Assembly: GCA_900542615.1 (NCBI GenBank)
Contig: UQOG01000003.1
Span: 1-63,470, forward strand
Reading direction: 5' to 3'
From: an uncultured Eubacteriales bacterium
GTDB lineage: Bacteria > Bacillota > Clostridia > Christensenellales > CAG-138
DNA length: 63,470 bases
The notes under the pieces: model-generated
What the model saw: the letters and a program-made list of their open reading frames with translations, nothing else
Databases searched by the model: none
What the model was told of the DNA's origin: nothing
Program-made: the position numbers and the translations under genes
In this document: positions 1 to 9,150 of the stretch, piece by piece
Layout: every line of letters begins with the position of its first letter
Position numbering within the stretch: the first letter of the stretch is position 1

Positions 1-66
1 CGCGCTGACAGTGACCAGAGACATGGTCATCACCAGAGCAAGCACCAGTGAAAGAAATTTCTTCAT
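1..66 (-). CDS. Partial CDS (5' end only) of a signal-peptide-bearing secreted or surface protein; continues beyond window start
   Basis: Minus-strand ATG at 66-64 is preceded by GGAGGAG (complement of 75-81). It encodes MKKFLSLVLALVMTMSLVTVSA, a typical signal peptide. It is absent from the ORF track because it is truncated by the window edge. Confidence 0.45.
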   Translation of the reverse strand, partial: MKKFLSLVLALVMTMSLVTVSA

Positions 67-442
67 TCGGATTTCTCCTCCTTTAAAAGATTTGCAGAGA
101 GCTTTTGAGGTCCAATCTCCGGACCGGCTTCATATGCGCAGGGGTGTCTCTTCCCGTTGCTCCGGCCCAGAGCGGACCACAGAAGTTCCTTTCTGCGCGT
201 TCACTTTACCCCAGGAGAATGCTGCTGTCTACGATTTGCCGGGTTTTGTTAAAAAAGTGAAATAATTACTGGATTTCTTGCGCTTGCCATGAAAAGCAAG
301 TGTAACCGATGAAAAAGTTCCCAAACAAAGTGGCGATTCCGGCAGGCCTCCGCATAGGGGCAAAAAGAAAGATGCCGTGAAAACAGATTCTCTGCTGCCA
401 CGGCATCTTTCTTCTGCTATGTGGGATGCATTGCCCAACAGG

Positions 443-1714
443 CTACGATTCTTTCAGATAGTATTTCTGGCCGACTTTAATCAGGTTTCCAGAATCTACT
501 TCATGCTTGAGCAGCGCGGAGCATTGCTCGGTTTCAATCTGCAGGGCGGTGGTGATGTCCTTCCGACAGGCAAAGCCCTCCTTCTTCAGATATTCGTAGA
601 GGGCTTCCTGCTGTCGTTCCGGCGGAACTACGGAATCCGGTAAGTAGTATTTATAGCCCACGCGGACCAGGAGACCCTTATCCAGCATGGCACGCAGCCG
701 CTGATACGCAGCGGATTTGGTCTGGCCATATAATTCCATGATCTGGCTGCGTGTGATAGGGCCACTGCGGCGAATCGCCTCTGTGATCTTTTGTTCCCAA
801 TTGCTCTTTTCGTATCTGGTCCAGAGATCTCGCAACGTCCAGTTCTCCATGCCGCCGCGGATCAGGGCGGTTCTTGTGATCCTAGACACCCGCGAAACGT
901 CCATGGGTTTTTTTGACTCGGCGGAGAGCAGGACATGGAGATCCTCCGTCCGCTTCTGGAGCCGCTTTGCCAATATTCTTTTGGCTGCCGCTGTCAGCGG
1001 TACCTCTCCTTCCGGCAGGTGAATCAGATTCTTCTCCAGATCCACCTGATCCCAAGTCAAGGACACAATGTTTTTAGCGGTCAGCCCCATGCTCCAAGTA
1101 AGCCAGAGTACCAAGCCGGCAGGAGTGTCTTTTTCCGCCTGCAAAATCTTCCACAGCTTGAACTCATCGATGTCCCCGGACTTCTCACTATGCTTGGGGC
1201 CAGCTCTTCCGTTCGGCAGATACTGGGCAAAATGCAATTGTAAAGACCGGATCTCCATACCGGTGATACGAGCCACATAGGACCAGTCGTGTTGTTCCAG
1301 TTGTCGAATTATATAGTCATGGCGCAGATCGACCAGACGCACGTTCGTTTGCCCTACCTCGTCAAGAACCCTGCGCGCTATCCGGGAGATTGCCTGGGGT
1401 TGCATTTGCTTATGGTAGCGATCAGAGCAGATCACGCAGTTATTTGTGGAATTCCCGGTGAGAAATGTCCATTTTCTGTACACGGAACGCAGGTAATCTG
1501 CCAGCATTTGAGTAATGGGAATCGTCCGAGCTGGCAACTGGAGTTGATTTCGTTCAAAATCCACCTGATCCCAAGTCAGGTTCGTGATCTCATCCCGTAG
1601 CAGTCCCGCCTGCCATGCAAGACGCACAGCCACACCGGCGGCATCGCTGGCGTGGCTTCCCAGAAGTCGTTCCATGGCCGCCGTATCCGGCCGATTCACA
1701 AAAAATTCTCGCAT
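443..1714 (-). CDS. Atypical tyrosine-recombinase-like protein: two tandem degenerate integrase catalytic-type domains plus two C-terminal winged-helix-like repeats
   Basis: 423-aa ORF with ATG at 1714 and a GGAGGGG SD. The first module has GLLRDEITNLTWDQVD ... DLRHDY ... AQYL. The second module, GLTAKNIVSLTWDQVD ... TLRDLW, has the Arg/His positions substituted. The C-terminus has two repeats ending G-x-KYYL that resemble wHTH domains. Confidence 0.7.
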   Translation of the reverse strand: MREFFVNRPDTAAMERLLGSHASDAAGVAVRLAWQAGLLRDEITNLTWDQVDFERNQLQLPARTIPITQMLADYLRSVYRKWTFLTGNSTNNCVICSDRYHKQMQPQAISRIARRVLDEVGQTNVRLVDLRHDYIIRQLEQHDWSYVARITGMEIRSLQLHFAQYLPNGRAGPKHSEKSGDIDEFKLWKILQAEKDTPAGLVLWLTWSMGLTAKNIVSLTWDQVDLEKNLIHLPEGEVPLTAAAKRILAKRLQKRTEDLHVLLSAESKKPMDVSRVSRITRTALIRGGMENWTLRDLWTRYEKSNWEQKITEAIRRSGPITRSQIMELYGQTKSAAYQRLRAMLDKGLLVRVGYKYYLPDSVVPPERQQEALYEYLKKEGFACRKDITTALQIETEQCSALLKHEVDSGNLIKVGQKYYLKES

Positions 1715-1845
1715 ACGGCCCCTCCGTGCCCCGAATTCCCTGCCTGATGCAAATCGAAACTTGCTTGGGCGATTATTCGTCGACGGACGGGCTTAGAGAA
1801 ACTTCACTGAACAGTTCCTGCCGCTTCCCTTTGCTCGCTGCCTCG

Positions 1846-2118
1846 TCACGGAATTATCATTCCGTCGCTGATTCATATGAAAGGGATTGGCGGGTCAAAG
1901 GGAAAAGACACAAAAAAAGCCCGTACTATCTGCACGGGCGAAAAAAACGATATTAGAACCAAGGCCGGACAGAATTTAACGTTTCCCCGGCTTTTTTCTG
2001 CTGCCCGGAGAGGCAAAACCCTCTTGTGGGCAGGCGCCCTATGTGATAAAATGTAATTGCAGATATGTAGGATAAATTGTTTTTTGCGATTATTTGTGTC
2101 GGAATGATAATTCCGTGA
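1846..2118. repeat. Perfect 19-bp inverted repeat pair bracketing a 235-bp segment between two recombinase genes
   Basis: TCACGGAATTATCATTCCG at 1846-1864 has its exact reverse complement (CGGAATGATAATTCCGTGA) at 2100-2118. Each copy is itself an imperfect palindrome (CGGAAT-4 nt-ATTCCG) whose asymmetric spacer (TATC vs GATA) gives it an orientation. Confidence 0.9.
1912..1947 (-). terminator. Rho-independent terminator downstream of the XerC-like gene (bidirectional architecture)
   Basis: Stem GCCCGT (1919-1924) / ACGGGC (1934-1939) with a 9-nt loop, flanked by A7 runs at 1912-1918 and 1941-1947. On the minus strand the stem is followed by T7. Confidence 0.6.
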
Positions 2119-2964
2119 TTACGATATCAGCCCCAGCCGGTCAAGCGTTCGCTGGTGCTCTGCGCCAGAAGTCAGCAGATAGATGCGCGTCGTTTCGATG
2201 CTGCTGTGGCCCAACAGGTCGGACAGTTTGACGATGTCCCGACAGGCCCGGTAAAACACGGTGGCAAACATGTGCCGCAGATTGTGGGGGAACACCTTGC
2301 CCGGCATCACGCCGGCGTATTTGCAAAGGCTCTTCATCTCCGCCCAGATCTGGCGGCGGCCCAGTTCTTTTCCGCTTTTGGTGCGAAAGATCGCACCAGA
2401 GGCGGTCTTTTGCTTTTGGGCATATTTGAGCAGCTTGCGGCAGAGTTTCCCCGGCAGCAGGATCACGCGGATTTTGCCTTTGAGGGAGACTTCGGCCTTG
2501 CCCTGCCGCACGGCTTCCACTGTGATATAGCGGACTTCGCTGACCCGGATGCCGGTGGCCCCGATGGTCTCCACCAGCAAGCCCAGCCGCTCCCGGCCCA
2601 GACGGCAAGCCGCGTCCAGCAGGCTCTGATAATCGGATTTTGTCAGCTCCCGGCCGGCATCCCGGAACAGCCGCCGCTGGATTTTCAGGAATTTCACCCG
2701 GCAGTCGTTTAGATCAAGGTACGCCAACAGGCTGTTTAAGGCAGAGAGCATGGCATTGATACTGGCGGGGGCGTAGCCCTGCTCCGCCAGATAGGCTTTC
2801 CACTCTGCGGTCAGCTCCTTGCAGATTTCGCGATCACCCAGCCAGCAGGCGAATGCCCGGATATCCCGAAGATACTTTTCCATGGTGGCTGCGCTCTTCT
2901 CCTCCAGCAGAAGGTGACGGGCAAACGCCTGTATTTGCAGGGGTGTCAGTTTGTGTTCGGACAT
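2119..2964 (-). CDS. Tyrosine site-specific recombinase, XerC/XerD-like (281 aa)
   Basis: Track ORF 2119..3030 was trimmed to ATG 2964, which has an AAGGAGG SD upstream and gives the same length as the paralog at 10305..11150. Motifs: ATGIRVSEV (Arg I), HNLRHMFAT (HxxR), LLGHSSIETTRIYL (His plus Tyr nucleophile). Confidence 0.9.
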   Translation of the reverse strand: MSEHKLTPLQIQAFARHLLLEEKSAATMEKYLRDIRAFACWLGDREICKELTAEWKAYLAEQGYAPASINAMLSALNSLLAYLDLNDCRVKFLKIQRRLFRDAGRELTKSDYQSLLDAACRLGRERLGLLVETIGATGIRVSEVRYITVEAVRQGKAEVSLKGKIRVILLPGKLCRKLLKYAQKQKTASGAIFRTKSGKELGRRQIWAEMKSLCKYAGVMPGKVFPHNLRHMFATVFYRACRDIVKLSDLLGHSSIETTRIYLLTSGAEHQRTLDRLGLIS

Positions 2965-3472
2965 AGGGGGGCCTCCTTGCATGATTTCATGCCAACATTG
3001 TACAGGAACGGCAGAGACAGCAAAGCCCACAGCGGTAACTGCCGCTGTGGGCTTGTGAATCCTGGTCCCGCAATGGTAGGATTGCCACCGGTTTCCAGAA
3101 AATATACGGGTTGCCCTATCTGCTTATCATGGGATTCTTCTCTTCACGAGTTATGGAAGCAAATATGATACCATACTGCTCCAGAGGCCGATGGGAATAT
3201 CCGAAACACAACGAGGCTGCGTGCAGAAAAATATGCGTAAGCTGTTGATTACGAGTAGATTTTGCCTTTGTTCACAGCATCGAAATGCCGATGGCCGGCA
3301 GAGCGGGTTTTCCTTACGCAATTCTTCTGCCCCTCCGGCCGCGCAAAGTGGGTCCGGGCTTCCGCATGGAACTGCCCCTGGCTATAGCCGGGGACGATGC
3401 TTTCCCTGCCGAAAGGTGGGGGGCTTTTGGGATCGTCCGCCCCAAATCCTGTAAAAATTCTTTTTATTCCCC

Positions 3473-3501
3473 TGAAACGATGGTACTCTGAAACACGAAT
3501 A
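3473..3501 (+). promoter_or_regulatory. Candidate ECF-type (autoregulated) promoter: TGAAAC-N17-CGAAT
   Basis: TGAAAC at 3473-3478 and CGAAT at 3496-3500 with a 17-nt spacer, about 25 nt upstream of the sigma-factor ATG. It resembles the Bacillus SigW-type TGAAAC-N16-CGTA consensus. Confidence 0.4.
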
Positions 3502-3524
3502 TACCTGTGAAAGGCGGTGAGGCG

Positions 3525-4061
3525 ATGGAGCGGGAACAGACATGGATCAGGGCTATCCAGCGGCGAAACTCCCGGGAGGCGGCGGAGCAGCTGATCCAGA
3601 CCTACTATGACGAAATCTACCGCTTCGTCTACCGTCAGACCGGCAGCAAGGAGGACGCCATGGACCTGACCCAGTCCGTCTTCATCGCAGTCCTGCGGGC
3701 ATTGCCCGGCTACCGGGCGGAGCGGGCGTCCTTCCGCACCTGGCTGTACCGCATCGCCGCCAACAAAGTCATCGACACCCGCCGGAAGGCCCGGCCGGTC
3801 TCTATTCCTATTCAGGAAATGGAGCTCCCTGCAGCAGAGGACTTTGTGGCCCGCGTCCATGACCGGGCCCTGCTGGAGACCATCGAAGGCTATGTCTCCG
3901 GCCTGGACCCCGGGGAGCAGGCGGTGTTCCGCCTGCGGATCTACGGGGAAAAGACCTTCCCGGAGATCGCTGCCGCCATGGGAGAGCCGGAGGCGGCAGT
4001 GAAATCCAGATACTACCGCCTGATCGGGCGGCTGCGAAAGGAGTTTGGAGCAGATGGATAA
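3525..4061 (+). CDS. ECF-family RNA polymerase sigma-70 factor
   Basis: Region 2 (DAMDLTQSVFIAVLRALPGYR ... FRTWLYRIAANKVID) and region 4 (FRLRIYGEKTFPEIAAAMGEPEAAVKSRYYR) motifs. The start was moved to ATG 3525 with a GGTGAGG SD; the track starts at GTG 3507. Confidence 0.9.
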   Translation: MEREQTWIRAIQRRNSREAAEQLIQTYYDEIYRFVYRQTGSKEDAMDLTQSVFIAVLRALPGYRAERASFRTWLYRIAANKVIDTRRKARPVSIPIQEMELPAAEDFVARVHDRALLETIEGYVSGLDPGEQAVFRLRIYGEKTFPEIAAAMGEPEAAVKSRYYRLIGRLRKEFGADG

Positions 4062-4803
4062 TCAAAAAATTTCCATGCCCACAGAGGCGGAAAAACAGCG
4101 GGCCATTGCCCGGATTCTGGATGCAGGCCTGCCCCGCCGGGTCGCCTTTGGCCGGGAGCTGCGGGAGGTTTTGCAGCGCATCGGCCCCCGCGCGCTGCTG
4201 TTTGGCGTGGGGGACTGTTTGGCCTTGTCCCTGCTGATCTGGGCCCTGTGCCTGCTGTCGGCGCTTTTTGTGGCCGGTTCCACCGGCTCTTTGGCACCGG
4301 CCCTGTTCCTGTTTTCTCCCCTGCTCTATGCCGCCCTCTCCCTGCTGACTGCCTGGAAGAACCTGCAGACCGGCATTTGGGAGTGGACCTGGACCTTCCA
4401 GGTCTCCGCCCGGATGGTGGCGGCCCTGCAGATGCTGTGCTTCGGCGGGGTGTCCGTACTGGTGTGTGTCCCGGCAAATATGCTGTTGTGGACCTTCACC
4501 GGGCAGGAGATGCCCCTGGGCTGGATGCTGGCACTGTCTCTGGCCAGCCTGTTTCTGTATGGCGCTCTCTCCCTGCTGTGCCAGCGGCTGCGGGGACCTG
4601 CCGGGTGGCTGGCGGCGCCGACCGGCTGGGTTCTGATGGGCCTGATTCCCCTGATCTGGCCCCGGACGGCGGAGTGGCTGACGGCCATCCCCACCGTAGT
4701 GTTCTGCCTGCTGGCCGCGGCCGGGATTACTCTGTACCTTTTGGAACTGCGCTGCTTCTGCCGGCGCCCGATGGAAGGAGGCGTCTCCTATGCTCTCCGT
4801 TGA
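4054..4803 (+). CDS. Multi-pass membrane protein, putative cognate anti-sigma factor
   Basis: ATG 4054 overlaps the sigma-factor stop (ATGGATAA) and follows an AAAGGAG SD. The protein has a short soluble N-terminus followed by about six hydrophobic segments. The function is inferred only from position after the ECF sigma. Confidence 0.5.
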   Translation: MDNQKISMPTEAEKQRAIARILDAGLPRRVAFGRELREVLQRIGPRALLFGVGDCLALSLLIWALCLLSALFVAGSTGSLAPALFLFSPLLYAALSLLTAWKNLQTGIWEWTWTFQVSARMVAALQMLCFGGVSVLVCVPANMLLWTFTGQEMPLGWMLALSLASLFLYGALSLLCQRLRGPAGWLAAPTGWVLMGLIPLIWPRTAEWLTAIPTVVFCLLAAAGITLYLLELRCFCRRPMEGGVSYALR

Positions 4804-5641
4804 GCACGTCACGAAAACCTATGGGAAGTTCACCGCTTTGGAGGACATTTCCCTGACCTTCACTCCCGGCGTCTACGGTCTGCTGGCACCCAATGGGGCG
4901 GGCAAGACCACCCTCATCAAGATGCTCACCACCCTGCTGTTCCCCACCAAGGGACAGATCCTGTGGGAGGGAGAAGACATCCGGGCCTTGGGGGCGGAAT
5001 ACCGGGGCCTGCTGGGGTATCTCCCCCAGCAGTTCGGGTACTATCCCAGCTACACGCCCCGGCAATTCCTCCGGTATGCCGCCGCCCTCCAGTGCATCCC
5101 GAAGCGGGAGGCGGACGGCCGCATTGACCACCTGCTGGAGACAGTGGGACTTGGGGATGCTGCGGACAAAAAAATGAAGAAGTTCTCCGGCGGGATGCTC
5201 CAGCGGGTGGGCATCGCCGTAGCCATGCTGAACGACCCGAAGCTGCTGATCCTGGACGAGCCCACCGCTGGGCTGGACCCCCGGGAGCGGGTGCGGTTCC
5301 GCAATTTGATCCACACGCTGGCTGAGGATCGGATCGTGATTCTCTCCACCCACATCGTCTCAGACATTGAGACCATCGCCGGGCAAATCGTCATGTTCAA
5401 GGATCACCGCCTCTACTGCTGCGACAGCCCTGCCCGCATCTGCGCCCGGTTCCAGGGCAGGGTATTCCAGCTTCCTGCCGGGATGCCCCTGGCCCCGGGA
5501 CAGTTCCTGCTCAGCGAAGGACAGGGGGCGGATGGCCCGGTGCTCCGGGTGCTCTGCGAGACGCCCCCTGTCAATGGAACGCCGGTAACGCCGGGGTTGG
5601 AGGATGCGTTTCTCGCCATCTACCGGGAGGAACAGACATGA
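4790..5641 (+). CDS. ABC transporter ATP-binding protein
   Basis: Walker A GLLAPNGAGKTT, signature FSGGMLQRVG, Walker B LLILDEPTAGLD. GGAAGGAGG SD present; the start overlaps the upstream gene. Confidence 0.92.
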   Translation: MLSVEHVTKTYGKFTALEDISLTFTPGVYGLLAPNGAGKTTLIKMLTTLLFPTKGQILWEGEDIRALGAEYRGLLGYLPQQFGYYPSYTPRQFLRYAAALQCIPKREADGRIDHLLETVGLGDAADKKMKKFSGGMLQRVGIAVAMLNDPKLLILDEPTAGLDPRERVRFRNLIHTLAEDRIVILSTHIVSDIETIAGQIVMFKDHRLYCCDSPARICARFQGRVFQLPAGMPLAPGQFLLSEGQGADGPVLRVLCETPPVNGTPVTPGLEDAFLAIYREEQT

Positions 5642-6783
5642 ATCTGGCGGTCTATGAGTGGCGGAAGCTCTTCCGCCTGCCCGCCCTGTGGGCCTTCCTG
5701 GCCCTGTGTCTGGCCTTTAACGGGCTGCTGATCGCCACGCTCTCCCCCTATGACCGGGCGTTCTTCAACGAGACTTCCCAAACGGCAAAGGCCTTGGGCC
5801 AGCGGGTTGATGAAGACTTTCTTGCCGGGCTGGACGCTATACCCGCCACAGAGAACCGGGATTTGCTGCGTCAATCTGTCACCGGGATGGAGGACATTTT
5901 CGAGACGTATGACACCGGGGAACTCTCGGATTTCTATGCCGGTGTGGTGGAGAAATCCCCTCTGGCAGTTACCTGGATGACCTGGAAATATGATCTGCTG
6001 GCGAGCCGGGTGGAGCACCTGGCCCAGACTGACGCGGCGCTGGATTTGTACGCCGGCCCGGCCACCTACGGCAGCCACCAGTTCCTCTTCGGCGCGCTGT
6101 TCCGGGCCATTCTCTGTGAGAGCGCCATTCTGGCCATGCTGGGGACGCTGTATCTGCTGGGCTACGAGGGGATGCACCGCGCAGAGGGCCTGGCCTGCGC
6201 CTCCCGAACGGGACGGAAACTACGGCGGGTGAAGGTCCTGGCGGCTCTCCAGGCGTCGGCGGCGCTGTACGGCCTGCTGGCGTTCTGCACCCTGGTGCCC
6301 TACTTCCTGCTGTACGACTACAGCGGAATCTGGAATGCCAGCGTGTCCAGCCAGTTCAACTATTTCTCGGACATGCTGGTGGTCCGGCCCTTCCTCACCT
6401 GGGGGGACTTCACGGTGGGTCAGTACCTGGCCGCTGCCCTAGCCCTGGGCGCGGTGCTGACGGCGGTATTCTCCCTGCTGGCGTCGGTGTGCGGCACGCT
6501 GGTGCGAAGCCCCTATCTGGCGGCCCTGGCGCTGTGCCTGGTGTGCTTCGGCGGACTGGGACTGGTCTCCGTTCTGGGGGAGCTGGGCTGGTGGGCGGCC
6601 TATTTGATTGCCTGTTTCCAGCCGGTAACGGTCTGGCTCTCCTGCAGCGCCTGGTTCACGGAGCTGGGACTGAACGCCGTCCTCCCCTGGCAGGAGACCA
6701 TCGCAAGCGGGCTGAACCTGCTGCTTTTGGGCGGCGGAGTCCTGTTGGCTCTCGGTTGGTTTGACAGAAAGGACGTGTCCTGA
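5638..6783 (+). CDS. ABC-2-type transporter permease-like membrane protein
   Basis: ATGA overlap with the ATPase stop. One N-terminal TM, an extracytoplasmic loop of about 130 aa, then multiple C-terminal TMs, as is typical for ABC-2 permeases. Confidence 0.7.
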   Translation: MNLAVYEWRKLFRLPALWAFLALCLAFNGLLIATLSPYDRAFFNETSQTAKALGQRVDEDFLAGLDAIPATENRDLLRQSVTGMEDIFETYDTGELSDFYAGVVEKSPLAVTWMTWKYDLLASRVEHLAQTDAALDLYAGPATYGSHQFLFGALFRAILCESAILAMLGTLYLLGYEGMHRAEGLACASRTGRKLRRVKVLAALQASAALYGLLAFCTLVPYFLLYDYSGIWNASVSSQFNYFSDMLVVRPFLTWGDFTVGQYLAAALALGAVLTAVFSLLASVCGTLVRSPYLAALALCLVCFGGLGLVSVLGELGWWAAYLIACFQPVTVWLSCSAWFTELGLNAVLPWQETIASGLNLLLLGGGVLLALGWFDRKDVS

Positions 6784-7991
6784 TGGAACTTTTGAAATGG
6801 GAGCTGCGGAAGATCTGGCGGCCCGGCATCCTGGCGGCCATCCTGCTGCTGGGGGCGGTATACTACTGGATGTTCCCACAGTTCTATATCGAGCACTTTT
6901 GCAACGGTCCCCAGTCGGAGGCCCAGTTCGATCTGGCCTCCGACTGGGTGGAGCGGTATGGCCCCACCCTGGAACCGGAAGAACGGGCAGAACTGGACGA
7001 GCAGATGGTAGAGGAGATCACGGCCTTTGACACACAGATCACCGCCATCCCGGAAGCTGCGGCAGCGGGGCTGACGGACTATAAATCTTTTCTCTCCTTT
7101 CGGGGGGACTACCTGAACGGCATACGCAACACTGATGGACAGGCAGATATGGATGTGGAGGCCCTGCTCTACCGGGTGTACGGCGGCACCAACTGGTACC
7201 GGATCGAGGCGCTGGCGGATACTCTGGAGACCTATGATACCCAGGAGGATCACCGCGCTCTGATTGTCTCCAACCGGCAGCAATTGGCCCAGCCGGAGGC
7301 CATGGTCCGGCGGGAGGCGGAGCTGGCAAGCTCGGATATGACCCATTCCCTGCTGCCGTCCTCTGTGAAATACTCCACTCAGGAGTACGGCAAGGATCTG
7401 GCGGTATGGTGCGTACTCAGCATCGTGCTCCTGCTCTCCCCCACCCTGGTGCGGGACCGGCTGCGGAACACCCGGCCTATGCAGTGGGCCTCCCGGCGGG
7501 GGCGGTCCGTTTTGAACGTTCAGATGGGAGCTGCCCTGCTCTCTGCGCTGGTGCTGGCGGTGGTGAATATAACAGTCTATGTCATTCCGTTCCTGGCCCA
7601 GGGGCCCCTGCAATTTGCCGCCTGCGGCCTGGACGGCATCTGGGAGTGGGGCACTCCCTGGTTCGACTGGACCTACGGCACCTATCTGCTGGTGCTGGCG
7701 GGGCTGATTTTGGCCCTGTCCCTGGGGGCCGCCGGGCTGACGGCTTTTCTCTCCCAGTACAGCGGCAACTACATCGCCATGCTGCTGAAGGCCGTTCCCC
7801 TGTTCGTGGCGGTGGGGGTCGTGCTGGGCTCCTGGCTTCTGGATCGGCCCTTCACGTTCCGCCCCCTCTGGGACGGCTACGGCCCCTGGGTGCCCAAGGG
7901 TGCGGAGGCGGTGGCCGCTGCAGTCCTGCTGGCTTTGGGACTTGGCCTGTGTGCCCTGGCCTGCCGGCGGCAGCGAAAGAGGGAACTATGA
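6783..7991 (+). CDS. Second ABC-2-type permease-like membrane protein
   Basis: ATGA overlap with the upstream permease gene. Same topology: MELLKWELRKIWRPGILAAILLLG, a large loop, and a C-terminal TM bundle. Confidence 0.7.
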   Translation: MELLKWELRKIWRPGILAAILLLGAVYYWMFPQFYIEHFCNGPQSEAQFDLASDWVERYGPTLEPEERAELDEQMVEEITAFDTQITAIPEAAAAGLTDYKSFLSFRGDYLNGIRNTDGQADMDVEALLYRVYGGTNWYRIEALADTLETYDTQEDHRALIVSNRQQLAQPEAMVRREAELASSDMTHSLLPSSVKYSTQEYGKDLAVWCVLSIVLLLSPTLVRDRLRNTRPMQWASRRGRSVLNVQMGAALLSALVLAVVNITVYVIPFLAQGPLQFAACGLDGIWEWGTPWFDWTYGTYLLVLAGLILALSLGAAGLTAFLSQYSGNYIAMLLKAVPLFVAVGVVLGSWLLDRPFTFRPLWDGYGPWVPKGAEAVAAAVLLALGLGLCALACRRQRKREL

Positions 7992-8267
7992 TAAAGGAAA
8001 TTTTATTTTCTCTTAAATTTTATCTCTACAAGTATGATCCGGATTGTGACCCGGAACGATGAAATAGCGCGGAGTGGAGCGCAGCAGCCTTCGAGTCTTG
8101 GCCCGTTTGGGGTCTAAAAACACTTCGGCGCCGGCCGTCCAAAGTAGGCGTGGGCCTCTCAGCGCTTGGCTGCTGCCGGCAAGCCAAATGCTCCGCGCGT
8201 CCTGCAGGGAGCGGAATTTAATGACATTGGGCCAAAGCCCCCTCCCGCCTCATTGGCTTACAGGAGG

Positions 8268-9150
8268 CCAGTCCATTCCTCTGTGCCGTTGTCCATATCA
8301 TAACTGTGAGCGTTGGTGGCCTCTATAAGTAGGCCCAATGGGTCCCTTCCACATCGGAGAACCGCCGCAGTTCATCAGTATGGCGGTCCATATACGCTGT
8401 GTCGGCGCTGCGGCCCAACATTCGGTTAACGATGGCAGTTACCTGTGCCCGGGTGATAGAATATATGGCCGGAACGTACCATCGAAAAATCCGCCGATCC
8501 AGCCGTACTGGGCGGCGCTGGTCACTTGGGTACAAAACCAGTCATCCTCGTTCGCGTCGGAGAAGAGGCTGGTTCCACCGGGCGTCTCGTTGGCAAACCG
8601 TATGGCGATCACTGCGAATTGGGCCTGGGTGATATCCCGATTGGGCTGAAATGCGCCGTCGGAGTAGCCCTGTATGATGCCCAGGGATAACAGCAGAGGC
8701 GCGCCACATATCATCTGGAACATCTGTGCAACGTATCGGTGACAGACACGTTCTTTTCCAATAGTAGGTTGTAGAACATCTGCGCCGCCTGGCCCCGGGT
8801 CATCTGCCGGCCGGGGGCGAAAGAGCCGCCTGTGAATCCGTCGAGATAAACCGTATGGTCTCTGGTATTCAACCAGCTGGACACGTCGGTGTTATCAGGA
8901 TCGGCGATCGGCTGAGTGGCCTTAAATACCACCTTGATGGTGTGGTTGGCCCGCACGTTCTCAAAGGTATAGTGACTGATAGCGCCTACGCTCTCGCCAT
9001 CTACCAGCACATTAAAAATCCGGTAACCGTCGCCGGCCATAATGTGGAAGGCCCGGTCGCCGCCCCGGCTGACGTTGGCGCGCCCGGAGGGGGTGATGGA
9101 GCCGACTTGGCCTGTCTCGGCGGTGATGGCGCAGGATCCGCTGGTCCTAT
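8268..9150 (-). pseudogene. Decayed 3' portion of an SLH-domain cell-surface protein gene (at least 3 frameshifts, 5' end missing)
   Basis: The reading frame hops across track ORFs 8711..9181, 8439..8723 and 8323..8535, plus an unlisted tail to TAA at 8268-8270. SLH-like motifs are present: FSDVEGTHWAY, GYSDGAFQPNRDITQAQFAVI, GGSFAPGRQMTRGQAAQMFYNLL. An Ig-like stretch (GYRIFNVLVDGESVGAISHYTFENVRANHTIKVVF) starts abruptly next to the recombinase stop at 9147. Confidence 0.7.

Noticed and set aside
1868-1897. Possible minus-strand promoter (TTGACC ... ATGAAT) inside the candidate invertible segment
   Set aside because: The spacer is only 15 nt and the -10 is weak. That is too little support to report as a feature, though it would be worth checking if inversion is confirmed.
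3249-4812. Minus-strand ORFs 3249..3860 and 3808..4812 (334 aa, Gly/Pro/Gln/Arg-rich)
   Set aside because: They lie antisense to the ECF sigma and anti-sigma genes, and their composition is not protein-like.
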